55,845 bases of DNA from Aplysia californica (Eukaryota): the NCBI RefSeq assembly GCF_000002075.1, contig NW_004797592.1, forward strand, positions 80,759 to 136,603, in the 5' to 3' direction. Positions 10,201-21,746 of this stretch are shown here, in pieces (the first letter of the stretch is position 1; every line of letters begins with the position of its first letter). The notes under the pieces were generated by a model, which did no database searches, was not told the DNA's origin, and was given only the letters and a program-made list of their open reading frames with translations. Position numbers and translations under genes: made by a program.

Positions 10201-12798
10201 TTAGGTACTCGATATTGGTTATCCGTACAATAGCCCGGTTGTGCTGAACAGGTGCAGTACATTTTATAACCAACTGTTACTATAATATAGTGGGGTAAAA
10301 AATTCGTGGTGCGACTTATTCGCAAATATCTTTTTAACGGGTGATCAGTGTAACGTATTTTAGGCACTTCGCACAGCAGTTTGTATCAACATGTCTTAGA
10401 TCTTGCTTAGATCTAATCGTATTTTTCCACAACAATTGAGGCTAGACTAAATAAACATTTTTTTCATAAGAGATCATAAAATACTACAAACCTCCGCCAC
10501 TTGGAAAATGGGAGTGTTCCAAAGAGGAGGGTTCACAGCACTTCCCGCTTCTCACAAACATTTTGCATATATGTATATATGGCCTACATCACAGCTTACC
10601 AGTGACCCTTTTAGTGGTAAAGCTTTAGGCCACGCATAATCACGATCTCCTGATAAATGACAAGTGTTTTCTCATTTGTTCCCCACTGAGTCCCTGCAGG
10701 TTTTCTCATGATGTTAAGCCTCCTCCTGGCTTTAGTTTCTGCATTCTGAATGTGTTGTTTCCATGTGAGACGCTTGTCAAGGATTATTCGAAGATACTAC
10801 TGTTGACACTCAAACCTTGGGGGGGGGGGTCTTGCCCAATGTGAGTTTTTTTGGCTCAGCTTGGCTAAAGAGTGAAGAGTGTAGCAGAAGATTGTTCTTT
10901 GTTTACGGTTACACACCAGGTTTTTGTCCATGTAGTGAGTTTGTCCAATGTTAATTGCATGCAATATGTGGCAGTGGTGACGATTTCCTCAAAGCACCAA
11001 AGAGCTAGGTTGTCTGCATACAATACGGCATGTATTCCTTTGGGTAGTTCTTTCATGAGTTCATTGATGAAGAGGACAAAGAGTAAAGATTCCATCTTAG
11101 GGTACTCCTTGTTGCAGCAACATTTTCTGTCCTTGATATTCACCCACCAATACACGGGCTCTACGGTTGTGTAGATGGGATTTGGTCCATAGGTACAAGT
11201 TGCCTTGAATACCACTTCTTATGAGCTTGACTTGTAGACCCTCCTTCCAAACCTTGTCAAATGCTTTTTGTAGAACAATAAACGTTGCTAGCATCCCTTT
11301 CTGTGTCTGGAGGGAGTCCTCTATAACGTGGGTGGAACAAATGAGTTGTCTGGTCCTCTGGGCTCCTGAACTGATGTAATCCAGCTTGTTCTGATACTGG
11401 GATACGTTGTGCCTCTAGGAACCACTGCATTCTGCAAGTTATGATGCACTCCATTGTCTTACATACACAACTTGTGAGGCTGATAGGTCTATAGCTTAAT
11501 TGCCGTGGCTTACTTTTTCCTGGCTCGAGGATCGGGATCATCGTTTCTTCTTTCCAGCCCATTTTTCTAGATTAAGTTGAAAATATCCAGCATGGTCTGT
11601 AAGGGTGTGTTGCTCAGGTGTTGTAGCATTTCATTTGTAATTCCATCGCGGCTTGGTGATTTCCTCTGCTAGAGTTCATTTATTGCTGTCTTCAGTTCTT
11701 CCAAGGTGATAACCTTCTTCTTTGCTTCCGGGATGCTTCTTTCCCTTTTCCCCTCTTGTCTGACTTCTTTTTGCCTCTCTCTCTCTTGGTATTCTGGTGT
11801 TGCTTTCTTGAGCATGTGCCTTTATAAAGGTTTGTGCTGCCCTTTTCTCCATTTTCATCTCTCCATCAACTTCTTTTATTCCCGTCGTCGTTTAGCCCTT
11901 TCACAAGCCTCTATAGTTTGTGTGTCCTTTTCCAAGTTGTGTTTGTGTGTTTTGCCTCTCCAGCCTTTCCTGGTGCACTCCAATTTGGTTTTGAGATAAT
12001 GGGCTTTACACCTCTGTAGCTTTTTGTTGTCTTCTATCGTTTTCTGGAGTTCTGGTGTCCAGCATGGCATTTTTCCTTACTCCTGTAGGTATGTTTTCTT
12101 TTGTTGACTTAAGGCTGCTTTCATTGAACTCTGTTATGGCATTGTAATATATTTTCTTATTGTCGAGGACGGCGATGTAGTTCCATCTCGGTCTTTTCGG
12201 GCTGTCCTAAGGTAGGTTCTCTAGAATGGTAAGAAGGAGAGGGCGATGGTCACTTCCCCAACCTGGGTTTCCAATAGTATAATAGACTCCGTTGCCCCCA
12301 AAACCCGTGGTATANNNNNNNNNNNNNNNNNNNNNNNNNNNNNNNNNNNNNNNNNNNNNNNNNNNNNNNNNNNNNNNNNNNNNNNNNNNNNNNNNNNNNN
12401 NNNNNNNNNNNNNNNNNNNNNNNNNNNNNNNNNNNNNNNNNNNNNNNNNNNNNNNNNNNNNNNNNNNNNNNNNNNNNNNAAAGGCTCCTCTGTCTAGAAT
12501 TGTGTCTAGTTTGGAGTCGAACCACGTTATTTGAAATAAACATTTAAAAACCATTTCGCCCCCTCTCTCTCTCTCTCTGTAGATTCCAGCAGACCTTCCT
12601 GCACGTGGCTTTCGATTCCACGCCACACCAGTCATGTTCGAGGGCTCCGGTGGTACTCAAGTGCGGGCCTTTGCCATGACGTACGACCCAAAGTCATGCC
12701 CAGATGCCGCCAGTGTCCTGTCTCCCCAGCACCCACTCATCATGCTTGCTGCTTATTGTTGCCTTTCTACGCTTTTTCTACGCTTGCTTTCTGGGTGA
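195..12798 (+). CDS. Cyclase-family metal-dependent hydrolase (kynurenine formamidase KynB / isatin hydrolase-like), 4 coding exons, 303 aa, predicted secreted or GPI-anchored
   Basis: Exons 195-462, 1372-1481, 9715-10032 and 12583-12798 join in frame through GT-AG introns (phases 1,0,0). Motifs: EHVGTHMDAPAHF (HxGTHxDxPxH), WEKENGRIPDG, IGVDTFSPD, H...IVEN, GSGGTQVRAFA. Hydrophobic N- and C-termini. Confidence 0.92.
506..687 (-). mobile_element. Short retroelement with the shared tail and a 14-bp TSD
   Basis: actaaaagtgcttt at 492-505 and 688-701; homolog at about 51320-51477. Confidence 0.75.
1194..1278. repeat. (TG)n microsatellite
   Basis: Directly visible in the sequence. Confidence 0.95.
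1372..1481 (+). CDS. Cyclase gene, coding exon 2 (GGDPLEKVSVERTIADGVHINC...VPMQ)
   Basis: Acceptor gtttttag, donor CAG|gtatgt, frame continuous with exon 1. Confidence 0.88.
1606..1708 (+). repeat. SINE/LINE 3' end with (tttac)n tail
   Basis: Inverted copy at about 13861-13965. Confidence 0.6.
1721..2548. mobile_element. Non-autonomous DNA transposon with TTAA TSD (Kolobok-like)
   Basis: ttaa|agagcg(n)ctacacc ... ggtgtaac(n)|ttaa. A second partial copy lies at about 2985-3005 plus 7829-8005, split by the LINE. Confidence 0.6.
3006..7828 (-). mobile_element. Near-intact non-LTR retrotransposon, Ingi/I-group-like (APE endonuclease, RT, RNase H, C-terminal Zn-knuckle remnant), in intron 2 of the cyclase gene
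   Basis: One reading frame 6948-3025 broken by two stops. Motifs QET, GSDHRPI, YRPISLTSC, GLPQGS, YADD, YTDGS, WVPGH..GNE.AD. Short 3' UTR ending (aac)n; about 880-nt 5' UTR. Confidence 0.92.
3025..6948 (-). pseudogene. LINE polyprotein ORF (EN-RT-RNase H) with two in-frame nonsense codons
   Basis: ORFs 5815-6948, 5188-5661 and 3025-5187 share one frame; TAG at 5817-5815 and TGA at 5190-5188. Confidence 0.9.
8020..8238. mobile_element. Diverged copy of the piggyBac-type MITE
   Basis: Colinear with 15567-15805. Confidence 0.75.
9715..10032 (+). CDS. Cyclase gene, coding exon 3 (KILDWEKENGRIPDG...GVDTFSPD...IVENMK)
   Basis: Acceptor tttccacag, donor AAG|gtatgg, 106 open codons. Confidence 0.92.
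10570..12313 (-). mobile_element. Decayed second Ingi/I-group-like LINE (EN C-terminus + RT)
   Basis: Frameshifted fragments GSDHRPLLLTI, SYRPISLTSCVCKTME, KAFDKVWKEGL, QGVP, YADNLALW; runs into an N gap. Confidence 0.85.
12583..12798 (+). CDS. Cyclase gene, last coding exon (IPADLPARGF...QVRAFA...hydrophobic tail)
   Basis: (ct)n-gtag acceptor; TGA at 12796-12798. Confidence 0.88.
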   Translation: MPADLPARGFRFHATPVMFEGSGGTQVRAFAMTYDPKSCPDAASVLSPQHPLIMLAAYCCLSTLFLRLLSG

Positions 12799-13375
12799 CT
12801 CAGCGTATGCGAAGAATGAATGAATCTCTGAACTGAAAAGGGTTCGGACGCCACATGACATAATCCAGCACTCAAGGATGATTTATATTTAGATACCCTA
12901 TTAGATTAGATGTATTTGAATTTCATCACGTGCGTTGGCTAGAGTTTGGTTGACAAGTACTGATATAAAATAGTCCGAAAAATATTTTTAGAAAGTGAAC
13001 TATCTTGTATGATTAATCTATAATGCCCCACTTTATGGAAACAATACTGAAGTGTAATCATAGAGGCATACAGTCTTGTGAATTTCTGCTATGGTACTGT
13101 CCCGTTTCTCTATCATTATCAAAATCGTGTTTTCATTTTTCCCATGATCTTTCTGGTATTTTGTCATTATCTGTATATACTTGTATATCTGTTGATAGTC
13201 ATAATATATAGTCATAAGTGGGCATGGCTCGATTGTGTCGGCCGTCTGCTGCTTCAATTTAACCAAAAACTACTGGGCAAAGGAAGAAACAGATGAGCTA
13301 ATAATTGTAGATAGCATAATATTATAGCTCAAGTTTTCACCCAGCAGCATGTTCTGTGTGCATTGCAATTGTTAT

Positions 13376-13641
13376 TATTACCCAAGCAGACCCGATAGCA
13401 TTCTGAAACAATCTGAGTTTCCTGTGAAGCATACAGTGCAAGCTGCCATTTAAAGGCGCTAAAGAAACTAACATACTGACAAGATCTTTCGCTGTCTATG
13501 TCCGGGTATCAATTTACACCTTGGTAAAGAGAGAAAAATTGGGAAAAGTGCTTTTCCCAAAGACACAAGTCAAACCTGAGGCTCATCCTCTGAACCTGCA
13601 ACCTCAAGATTCCGAGTCTGGTAGCTTAACCTCACGACTAC
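13376..13641 (-). mobile_element. tRNA-derived SINE with a CORE-like domain
   Basis: Minus strand: gtagtcgtgaggttaag...ttgtgtctttgggaaaagcactt...ccaaggtgtaaattgatacc. Confidence 0.6.
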
Positions 13642-14477
13642 CGACAATGTTAGCTTTGTTTGTGAATAGAATATGGNNNNNNNNNNNNNNNNNNNNNNNN
13701 NNNNNNNNNNNNNNNNNNNNNNNNNNNNNNNNNNNNNNNNNNNNNNNNNNNNNNNNNNNNNNNNNNNNNNNNNNNNNNNNNNNNNNNNNNNNNNNNNNNN
13801 NNNNNNNNNNNNNNNNNCCTTCCTTTGTCATCATTTATGAAATAAGGAAACTGGGATATTGTAAAAGTAAAGTTGTTCCCGCATCCGATCCGGACATTGG
13901 GGATAGCCTTGTAAGTGAGACAACTTCCTGGGCCTTCGGCATACTGTGGTAGGGTGGCCAGTTAGTGATATTGTATGTAAGTTTTGAAAAAACAAAACAT
14001 GTGGGGACAAAGCACAGCAAATCAATTTAGCGACAGGAAAATCGTTTGGAGAGGAAAATAGGGGAGGGAGTGTGACGGGGTTTCACGAAGAGGAAGATGT
14101 ACTAGTCTTCGAGCAATGCCAAATGGCAATGGTATAACTTGTTCACTTTCATCTCAGTGCGCTTAAAGGAACGGCGAAAATAAATCGCTCTGTTTAATGT
14201 TCTCACTTCTTTGCATATGGGTCTAAAAGTTGGATGACTGAAGATCACTGCTAACTGAGTTCTGAAAATTTTTCTTTGATGTTGACCTTAAGCGGGTCAA
14301 AAAATTATAGGAGAATTACTGCATACATCTATAACGAAAACATTAAAAAGTGAAAAGATTTTTATCAACACCACACTTTTACCCATGCTTATGAAAAAAC
14401 GTCTATAATGATTACGGAAGGGTACATTTTGAGACTCACGTGCACATAATATGTCTAGATATCGCTTGAGATGATAG

Positions 14478-14859
14478 CAACAAGCTGACAATGAAATGGA
14501 GGGCAATTTGTAGGCTCAATCACTGTTAATCGTTGTCGTTTTTTATTGATCCTGTGCATGCATCCTAAGGGCGGTTTTAATATATGGCCCAAATAAAGGT
14601 TTATTTTAAAAATACCTGATCAAGATTTTTTTTAAAATCTATTTTTGGTCGCTGGCCTGCAGAAGCGCCATTCATATTTCCATGCCTATGGGTAACCTGG
14701 TCGCTTTTAAGCACAAGGGGTGGGGTTTTTTTTCAATAAATCTTTATTTGGGCCATAATATTAAAACCGCCTTTTGGGTGCCTGCACAGGATCACTACAA
14801 AAAACGATTAACAGTGATTGAGCCAACAAATTGCCCTCCAGTTCATTGTAAGCTTGTTG
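14478..14859. repeat. Long imperfect palindrome (about 140-bp arms)
   Basis: tggagggcaatttgtaggctcaatcactgttaatcg... versus ...cgattaacagtgattgagccaacaaattgccctcca. Confidence 0.8.
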
Positions 14860-14869
14860 ATGGGTAAAT

Positions 14870-15118
14870 TGGTCGCTTTTAAGCACAAGGGGGTATCCCG
14901 AAAAAAATGCTGTTTTGAGAAAATTGAAGGTAAAGTTTTTGAACCGTTATTCAGTTTCTTTAAAAGACAAGGAGAGTTTTCTCTATAAGCAAACAAATAT
15001 ACACACCAACGAAACCAAACTTCTCCTATAGGTAGGGCAATGTCCACTTTTGGTGTAGGTTAAGATTTCTGGAAACCCCTGAAATATGGGTTAGGCTGCT
15101 TGTCCTTAAAAGCGACTA
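14870..15118 (-). mobile_element. MITE with TGGTCGCTTTTAAG TIRs
   Basis: Reverse-complement copy of 22328-22582. Confidence 0.75.
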
Positions 15119-15209
15119 ATTAATAAATAAAGTAGGGTATTTTTTAAAACTTGGACAGACGAAAGTGAACAAGCTGTAGTCACAAATGAGTCTCCTTGAA
15201 CACTCACAC

Positions 15210-15212
<3 letters not shown>

Positions 15213-15269
<57 letters not shown>
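15213..15269. repeat. (CT)n microsatellite
   Basis: Directly visible in the sequence. Confidence 0.95.
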
Positions 15270-15273
<4 letters not shown>

Positions 15274-15385
15274 TCAACTAAACAACAGACGCACTGTGTC
15301 CCCTTGTGCGAGGAAGAAGCTCAGGACCTGGCACACTGGTTCCAGAGATGCCCAGGCGCTAAAACACAACAACTAACATGCTAAC
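15270..15385 (+). mobile_element. Tiny LINE C-terminal fragment
   Basis: CPLCEEEAQDLAHWFQRCP, a CCHC-like knuckle. Confidence 0.5.
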
Positions 15386-15566
15386 ATGCTGACAATATCT
15401 TTCTTTTTTTTTTGGCCTATCCCCGAAAACAAAACAAAAAAACGTTCTTTCCACCAGGTTCACGGCCGTATATACCACGGAGCAAAAGAAAGCCGAAATC
15501 CTATTTACCTTTCTAATGAGGTCGTGTTGTTTGTTTTACCTTTTATTTCAAAACGGGGGAACTTAA

Positions 15567-15805
15567 CCCTATCCGTACGTCGTGTTTTACTATCGTATCC
15601 ATACGACGTGGGGAACTCTGTGCCACCACTTTCAAAGAGGAAATTTACTCTTTAACCCTATCCGTACGCTTTGTATAGCAGTCTGTTAAAATGATTTTTT
15701 GAGAAATACTGAAAGCTTCAAAGAGATTTTCATACTAGAAGTATTCTAAAATGTGAAGAATACAACGCCTTGGGTACAAAATGACCCCAGAGTGTACGGA
15801 TAGGG
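15567..15805. mobile_element. piggyBac-type MITE
   Basis: TTAA-CCCTATCCGTAC...GTACGGATAGGG-TTAA, with a second left end at 15656. Confidence 0.8.
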
Positions 15806-16220
15806 TTAAACACAGTTCCTAGCACTATGAAAGGATACGTAGGGTATCATTGAGAACATTAAATTTTAACGGGATATATTTTCAACTTCCGGTTAATACA
15901 CTAAAATGCTCAGTAGCGGGTATGGCCACCATTAGATCGGGTAAACGCAATACATCTCCAGTACATGGAAGCCACTGGGTTGTTGGTGACACGTAACGGA
16001 ATCTGCCTCCAGTTCCTGGACGGTTCTCGGCCTTAGTTTTCTTCCCCCTATGCGCCGTTTAATTTCGTCCCAAATATGCCAAACTGGGTTTAAATCCGGA
16101 CTAAGGGCAGCGCGAGGCTAAAGTGAGGCTGCAGAGTGGTGCCATGGCGTGGGAGAAAATCCTATGTAGCACGGGCAGTAACTTCCTGGAGGCGGAAGTT
16201 AAAATTTTGCTTGTCTAGAG

Positions 16221-16880
16221 GTAACACATGGGGCCTAAGAGCTTTTGCCATTTAGCAGGCAGCATTGACACCTTGACCTCGACCAAGGCCTTGATTTTGG
16301 AAGATAACTGGTCCTACCTTGTATACGATGCCCTCCCCCCCCCCCCCCCCCCCCAAGTGATTCCTCTCTATGGCTCACTTTTCACGAAAACGAAAGCCTC
16401 TCTCTTGGTAAACTGAGGCGCCGATTTGTTGTATCTACGAAGAACAGGCATTCGTCCGATAAGACAACCGAAGACCAGTCTTTCAGACGCCATTTGACAT
16501 TGTGCCCAGCCCAGTTGACACGTTCCTGGCGATGGTGTGCGGTCAAGACTGGACCATAGTAAGGTTGATGGTGTCAAAGGCCTACCTGGTGCAATAGTTG
16601 GTTCACCGTGTGTCAACGTATGGCTCTTCTTTGGATACCTCTTATCAAATCTGACATTCTTGTAGCTGTCTTAAAGTCGATTTGCACGGTGCATCCGGAA
16701 AGTGTGTAAAACTGCACCTTCGTCGGTCACTCTATGTCAACTTGACCTTTGTCGGTCCGCCATAGAATTTGTGAGCTGAAAACGAGTTATCAGTATGTGA
16801 ATGGTCGAGATGTGAGCAACAAAATGGTTGGCAACCACAATCAGCCTTTCTCCATATTATTATTCCAAGCGGCCAATTGT
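16221..16880 (-). mobile_element. Tc1-like transposase remnant
   Basis: Minus strand: VANHFVAHISTIHILITRFQLTNSMADRQRS (HTH region); PYYGPVLTAHHRQERVNWAGHNVKWRLKDWSSVVLSDE; GQGVNA...LRPHVL. Confidence 0.75.
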
Positions 16881-17539
16881 TCTTTCGCTCTGCACAGCCC
16901 TTACACGTGGCCTTGTCGTTGCAACTGCAGATGTACAGACCAAGCCGATTGTTTACCATGAGTATTATAACTGACATCAGGTGAGCACTTTTCACCCGTT
17001 GTCCACTCATTAATAAACCGTGTTTCAAAGACCCCACATGGCTTTTTCCGTGTTTCAATTAAGCGGCAATAGCCTAACTCTAATTTTCGGTAACAAGCAA
17101 AACAGACGATTTCTGGTTTCCAAAAAGCGTATGACTTACTATCAACAATGATGTAAATTCGGTTTTCTACCGTTGGTTGTTATTAAATTTTATGGCAAAT
17201 ATATGGTTTCGCTTTTCTTTTGCTCGTTAAATATGTGAGACCCCGAGACGTGTCAGGACTCCGTTGTGTTTCCATTTTCCGGTTGCTCTCTGTGGCGTGT
17301 CCTTTTTCCTCCTTTGCAGGCTTTTATGTGCTCGTTCACTTGGGGTGCATTTTTAAAAAAATCTAATCACCATTCAAAATGACAGTGGTATATAATGCAC
17401 CGATCATTCATTTCACCGAATGGGGGCCCAGCTAGTAGGCCTACTCGATAAAAGTGTTGCCCACACGGGAATCCAACCATTGCCAATGACTGTGGAAATG
17501 CAGTTGGTGATATGAAATCGGCATATCGACCCAGTGCCA

Positions 17540-17730
17540 GATCTGCGACAGACATCGGCGATCATGGTTTTCCATTCATTACTTTGTTCGGATGCTCTAA
17601 AAAAAGCTACGTTTCCCTGATCTTTCCTTGTTACCCATTTGTTTAGGTTCCCTAAGTATGTTGTTCTGGGCCTACCCCTGCCTCGCTTGCCTTCAATTTT
17701 GCCAGTGAGAGCCAGATGGGTTACGTACTA
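17540..17730 (-). mobile_element. RTE-like LINE 3' fragment
   Basis: Minus strand reads LALTGKIEGKRGRGRPRTTYLGNL. Confidence 0.7.
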
Positions 17731-17790
17731 AGAAATGCAGAGATTCTATAGGCTGTAAGTACGACAAGGAAAAGAGCAAAGAGTGGATAT

Positions 17791-18316
17791 GGGGCTCTCG
17801 TGGCCTAGAGGTTAAGGTGTTGGCCTCTCATTCAAAGGTCCCGGGTTCGAATCCGGGTAGCGACCAAAAATTTTTCTTCTCTAAAATTGTCTCCTTTCAC
17901 CTCCTTCCCTGCTCTCTAGCAATGTTCTGTTGTCTGCTTTCATTTCCACTTTCTGCCCCCACCCCCTCACCTCCTTTGCCCCCTCCTATGGGCTCCTGAC
18001 TCTTTCTGCAGCCTTTCTACTGCTACTCCTTGGCCCCTCCTTACTACTGTCTTTCTGCCACACCCCTGATCTTCTGGTAGGAAAGATCTACACCTAGCCT
18101 TCTCGGACAAGGGCGAAAAATCTCGGAGGGCCCGTGTGCAAGTTGCGCACGTTAAAGATCCCTTGGTGGTCTAAAATCGATAAGAGTAGGCTTCGGCCGC
18201 CACCCGGGCAAAATTCAAAATTTCCTACCAACTGAAAATATTAGGTGTGTCCCGCGCGCTCATATGACCTATGCAGTTGCGAGCGCCGTATAACACTTTA
18301 CAAAAACAAAAAAACA
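17791..18316 (+). mobile_element. Full-length tRNA-derived SINE (Meta-domain-like body, hairpin tail)
   Basis: A box tggcctagaggtt, B box ggttcgaatcc, CT-rich spacer, ttctcggacaagg...gcacgttaaagatccc, (caaaa)n tail, TSD aaagagtggat. Confidence 0.85.
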
Positions 18317-18799
18317 AAAGAGTGGATGTGTGATATTAAAGGAAGGGTAGATTAGATTTATAATAAGTTAGCAATTCAAGTTCTTATGATAAGCGACCAG
18401 CAGGTGATCCAAAATGTAACGCCTCGATTGTGTAACAGATACAGGAAAGAGACACAGTAACATGGCTGCCTGACATAACAGCTTGAAGAAAGTGTAGAAA
18501 TGGCCCCCATTACTCTTGAAACGTAACTGTATAACACTGCTCAAGAATCTGCAAAAACAAATCTGTTAAGTCCAACACTTCTGGTTTAGTTTCAATGCCG
18601 ATTTACTTCGCACGTGCAGAAAGGGCGAGCACAGTCATTGACATGGGCATACGCATGCACGGTGTCAAAATGAGCACAAATTTGACCGATATTCTCCTCA
18701 AACGTGAGCCGATACATGTATCAGCACTTGGACTGTATGGATTTGCAGGATATAAAAACATATTTTACTTTTCCACAAGAAATTGCCAATGGAAAAACC

Positions 18800-19790
18800 T
18801 GCTATTGTCATCGTTGATAAGGATGATGCATTAGGTGGTGATGTCACTCGGGCTCATTAGACAAAAAATTAGACAAAATTTACCTACAGTCTTTTAAAAG
18901 CCAGTAAACTGATCAAGATAAAGACGAGAGTAAAGACTAAACAGATTCTTGTCCTTTAGATTAATGTTCTTTCTAACTATCTAAGATCATCTTTCGAATG
19001 TCTAAATTGCACATTATCCACTGACAGTGATATTTTTTTGGGTTGCATCGATTCTAATATGTTGCTAAATCAAATCTACACAATGAATCCTGAGCTGCAG
19101 TGCCATAAATCAATGGTCACAGGTTTGTACCTATGCAAAATGTACAGACATGGATCATATACTTCGGATGCGGTATGTGTGTGCATATTCGGTGAGGGGC
19201 TAAACTGGATTTATACAGCTTGGAAAATTCTAAAAATATGAAATGATACAAAAAAAGAATTGTTCAAGATCATTAAATTCCCTTTATTCGTGCACCTTAA
19301 GTAATACCAACGTTTTTCCCATTTTCAATACGGCCAATGTCAGCAACATTGGATTTTTTTGCAATTGTATTTTACGAAAAACTAGAAAAAAAGGCATTAA
19401 AATGAACTTCTTGGCCTAAAAAGCCCTATAAGTGATGTATCACATGTCGTGTGTGTTGGAAACATGAGTAATATCGATTTTTGCCATTTGGCGACCACCT
19501 TTGATTCCAGGGTCTTATGGGTAACGCATATCTTTTTAAAAAAGAGGCATGGGGGCTATTTTTCTTACTTACACCTTGGAGATGGTAAAACATGTCACTC
19601 TGTGAGAGAGTGTTCTTCGTTGATCCCAACAGAAGGGACAAGAATTCTTTTTCTAGGAGATTCACAAGCTCGTTTCCTCGGATGGCCACAAGGTCTTTTA
19701 AAGTAACTGAACAAGGGGCAAAAACATTACCTTCGATTTTCTCAAAACAGCGTTTTTCGGGATAGCCCCCTTGTGCTTAAAAGCGGTCAT
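18800..19790 (+). repeat. Interspersed repeat, probable non-autonomous DNA element
   Basis: Inverted copy at about 43612-44292 plus 45510-45612. Confidence 0.7.
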
Positions 19791-19861
19791 TTCGGCTGAG
19801 AAATTTTTATATACAGATTTATTTAACCTGATGTGCAATGCTAAAACAACTCCAAGTATGG

Positions 19862-19862
<1 letters not shown>

Positions 19863-19916
<54 letters not shown>

Positions 19917-19936
19917 TTACCTGTCTGTCTATCTAT
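19863..19936. repeat. (ATCT)n microsatellite
   Basis: Directly visible in the sequence. Confidence 0.95.
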
Positions 19937-20009
19937 CTCATATGACTTTATGCAGTTGCGAACGCCTTAAAACACTTACCAAAACAATCTATCTATCTTT
20001 ATATATAAA

Positions 20010-20078
20010 TAGTGAACGTAAAGGATCGCGATTGAATGTAAAGAAAACAGACTGGACGTAAACAATATCGTTAAAAAG
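20010..20078 (+). other. Possible 5' non-coding exon of the PRXL2C-like gene
   Basis: AAG|gtaaat donor-like site after a CpG-containing patch. Coding exon 1 starts with an acceptor, so an upstream exon is needed. No transcript support. Confidence 0.25.
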
Positions 20079-20860
20079 GTAAATCAGAGGCTGTGCTCTC
20101 TTAGGAAACTTAGATTCTAGGTCTTTCAATCTGAATCCATCCATCCTTCAGATATTCTACGCTGTCTTTTCTAAAAACCTTATTTTATTACTTCTCAGAA
20201 AATATTATTATAATACTTTTAAGGTTTTTAGAAAAGACAGTTTTCATGCAGGTAGGGATTGATATATGTTTGAGTTCGACTATATGTAATAAGTAATTGA
20301 CTGGGTTATAGAGGGGGAAAATCCCTTTTTTTAAGACCTCTTCCTCACATAATGTAGACAAGATATAATATTAATATATGAGCTTTTTTTAAAAATTGTA
20401 GCACCTGAAAGCTCCACTAAATTTCAGCTAGATTAGTTCAAAACTCAAAGGTTGTTCGCATTTTTCTACCATACCCCCTTATGTGAAAAAAAGACAATTT
20501 CTGTTCATAAAATTGAACATGCAATCATCAAAAGAAAACAAAAAAACAAAAACAACAACAAACAAACAAAAGAAAACCAAAACTAAAAACAAGGTTACGA
20601 ACGCAAACTGACCAACTGATTTCAAAGGGAACACTACCGTATGCTTTCTTCTGTACAAGAAAGTTTCGTCCAAGGAATAATTTGTTTCCTTCTTTGAAAA
20701 GTATCGTACAAATAAATCACGAACCCATGCGTGTCCCGGCGTTTGGGGTAAAAGGACTTTTCTACTTCCACGCTATAGATCTATGCGTGTTTCAGTTTTA
20801 TAGCTTTAATGATTCAACTCTGTTGCACCCCCCCCCCCCCTCCCTTTCCTTACGGGTCGG

Positions 20861-20861
<1 letters not shown>

Positions 20862-20938
<77 letters not shown>

Positions 20939-21056
20939 ACACAAAAACAAACAAACACAAACACACGTACACACACCACCACCAACAACAACAACAACAG
21001 TAGCAACAACACTGACAGTAACAACAACAACAACAGCAACAACAACAACGACCACC
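20862..21056. repeat. Compound (CA)n / (CAA)n microsatellite
   Basis: Directly visible in the sequence. Confidence 0.95.
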
Positions 21057-21746
21057 AAATGAGGCAAAATAGAAATTAATGGTTCGTCAGGACTCTCATT
21101 AATTAATTTCACAGATGAGGGCAAAATGTAAATTGCGAAACAAAGAGGCTACGAATTACACTCTCCGTTGGTACAAGGCAAAGAAGTTATGTACGATGTT
21201 CAAGGGTGGCTTCCCTTGTACAAGGTATATTGACAATGCCGGAAAGGATTTTACAGAAATTTGTATACAGAAATCTTTACACAAATTGATTGAAGGGTAA
21301 TACAGAGCAGTGTGATAGTTGTACATTCATAGAAGAGGATGATTTTCTATTTATGTATTGCTTGCAAGATTCGAGCTGATTTTTTACGATACATAGACTA
21401 CTAAACTAAAGAGTCTTGCGTGCTGTAAAAGGACCTGGCATGAAATGTATGTTTGTTTGGAATGTTGTCATGTCGAAACAGCGTCCCCCGAAACGGCGTG
21501 TCAACCCATGTTGCTCTGTTCCTTTCGATATTGCCACACTTTTTGGTATTTCATTGCAGTTATGTTTTATGGCTTTCATCATAATTTCATCTTGTAGTTT
21601 TGTTAGCAAGGTTACATGTCTTATATGCCATCCTTTCATGTCTTTGTTAGAAGGTGGACGGTTGGTCTTCTCCTTTACCGGGCTTTACTTTTACTTTCTA
21701 CTTTTACACTCCCTTCTCCACCTCAATTTAAATTTAGGTCGGCTCT

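Noticed and set aside
12207-13952. ORFs spanning N runs (also near 26.4, 51.5 and 54.4 kb)
   Set aside because: Artefacts of assembly gaps.
17791-17866. tRNA-like cloverleaf ending in CCA (also at 49033 and 49880)
   Set aside because: Acceptor and anticodon stems pair poorly and it continues into a repeated body with tail and TSD; it is a SINE head, not a tRNA gene.
20682-21124. Low-complexity ORFs (HT, CV and poly-V/L repeats), also 1190-1459 and 19771-20061
   Set aside because: Translations of microsatellites.
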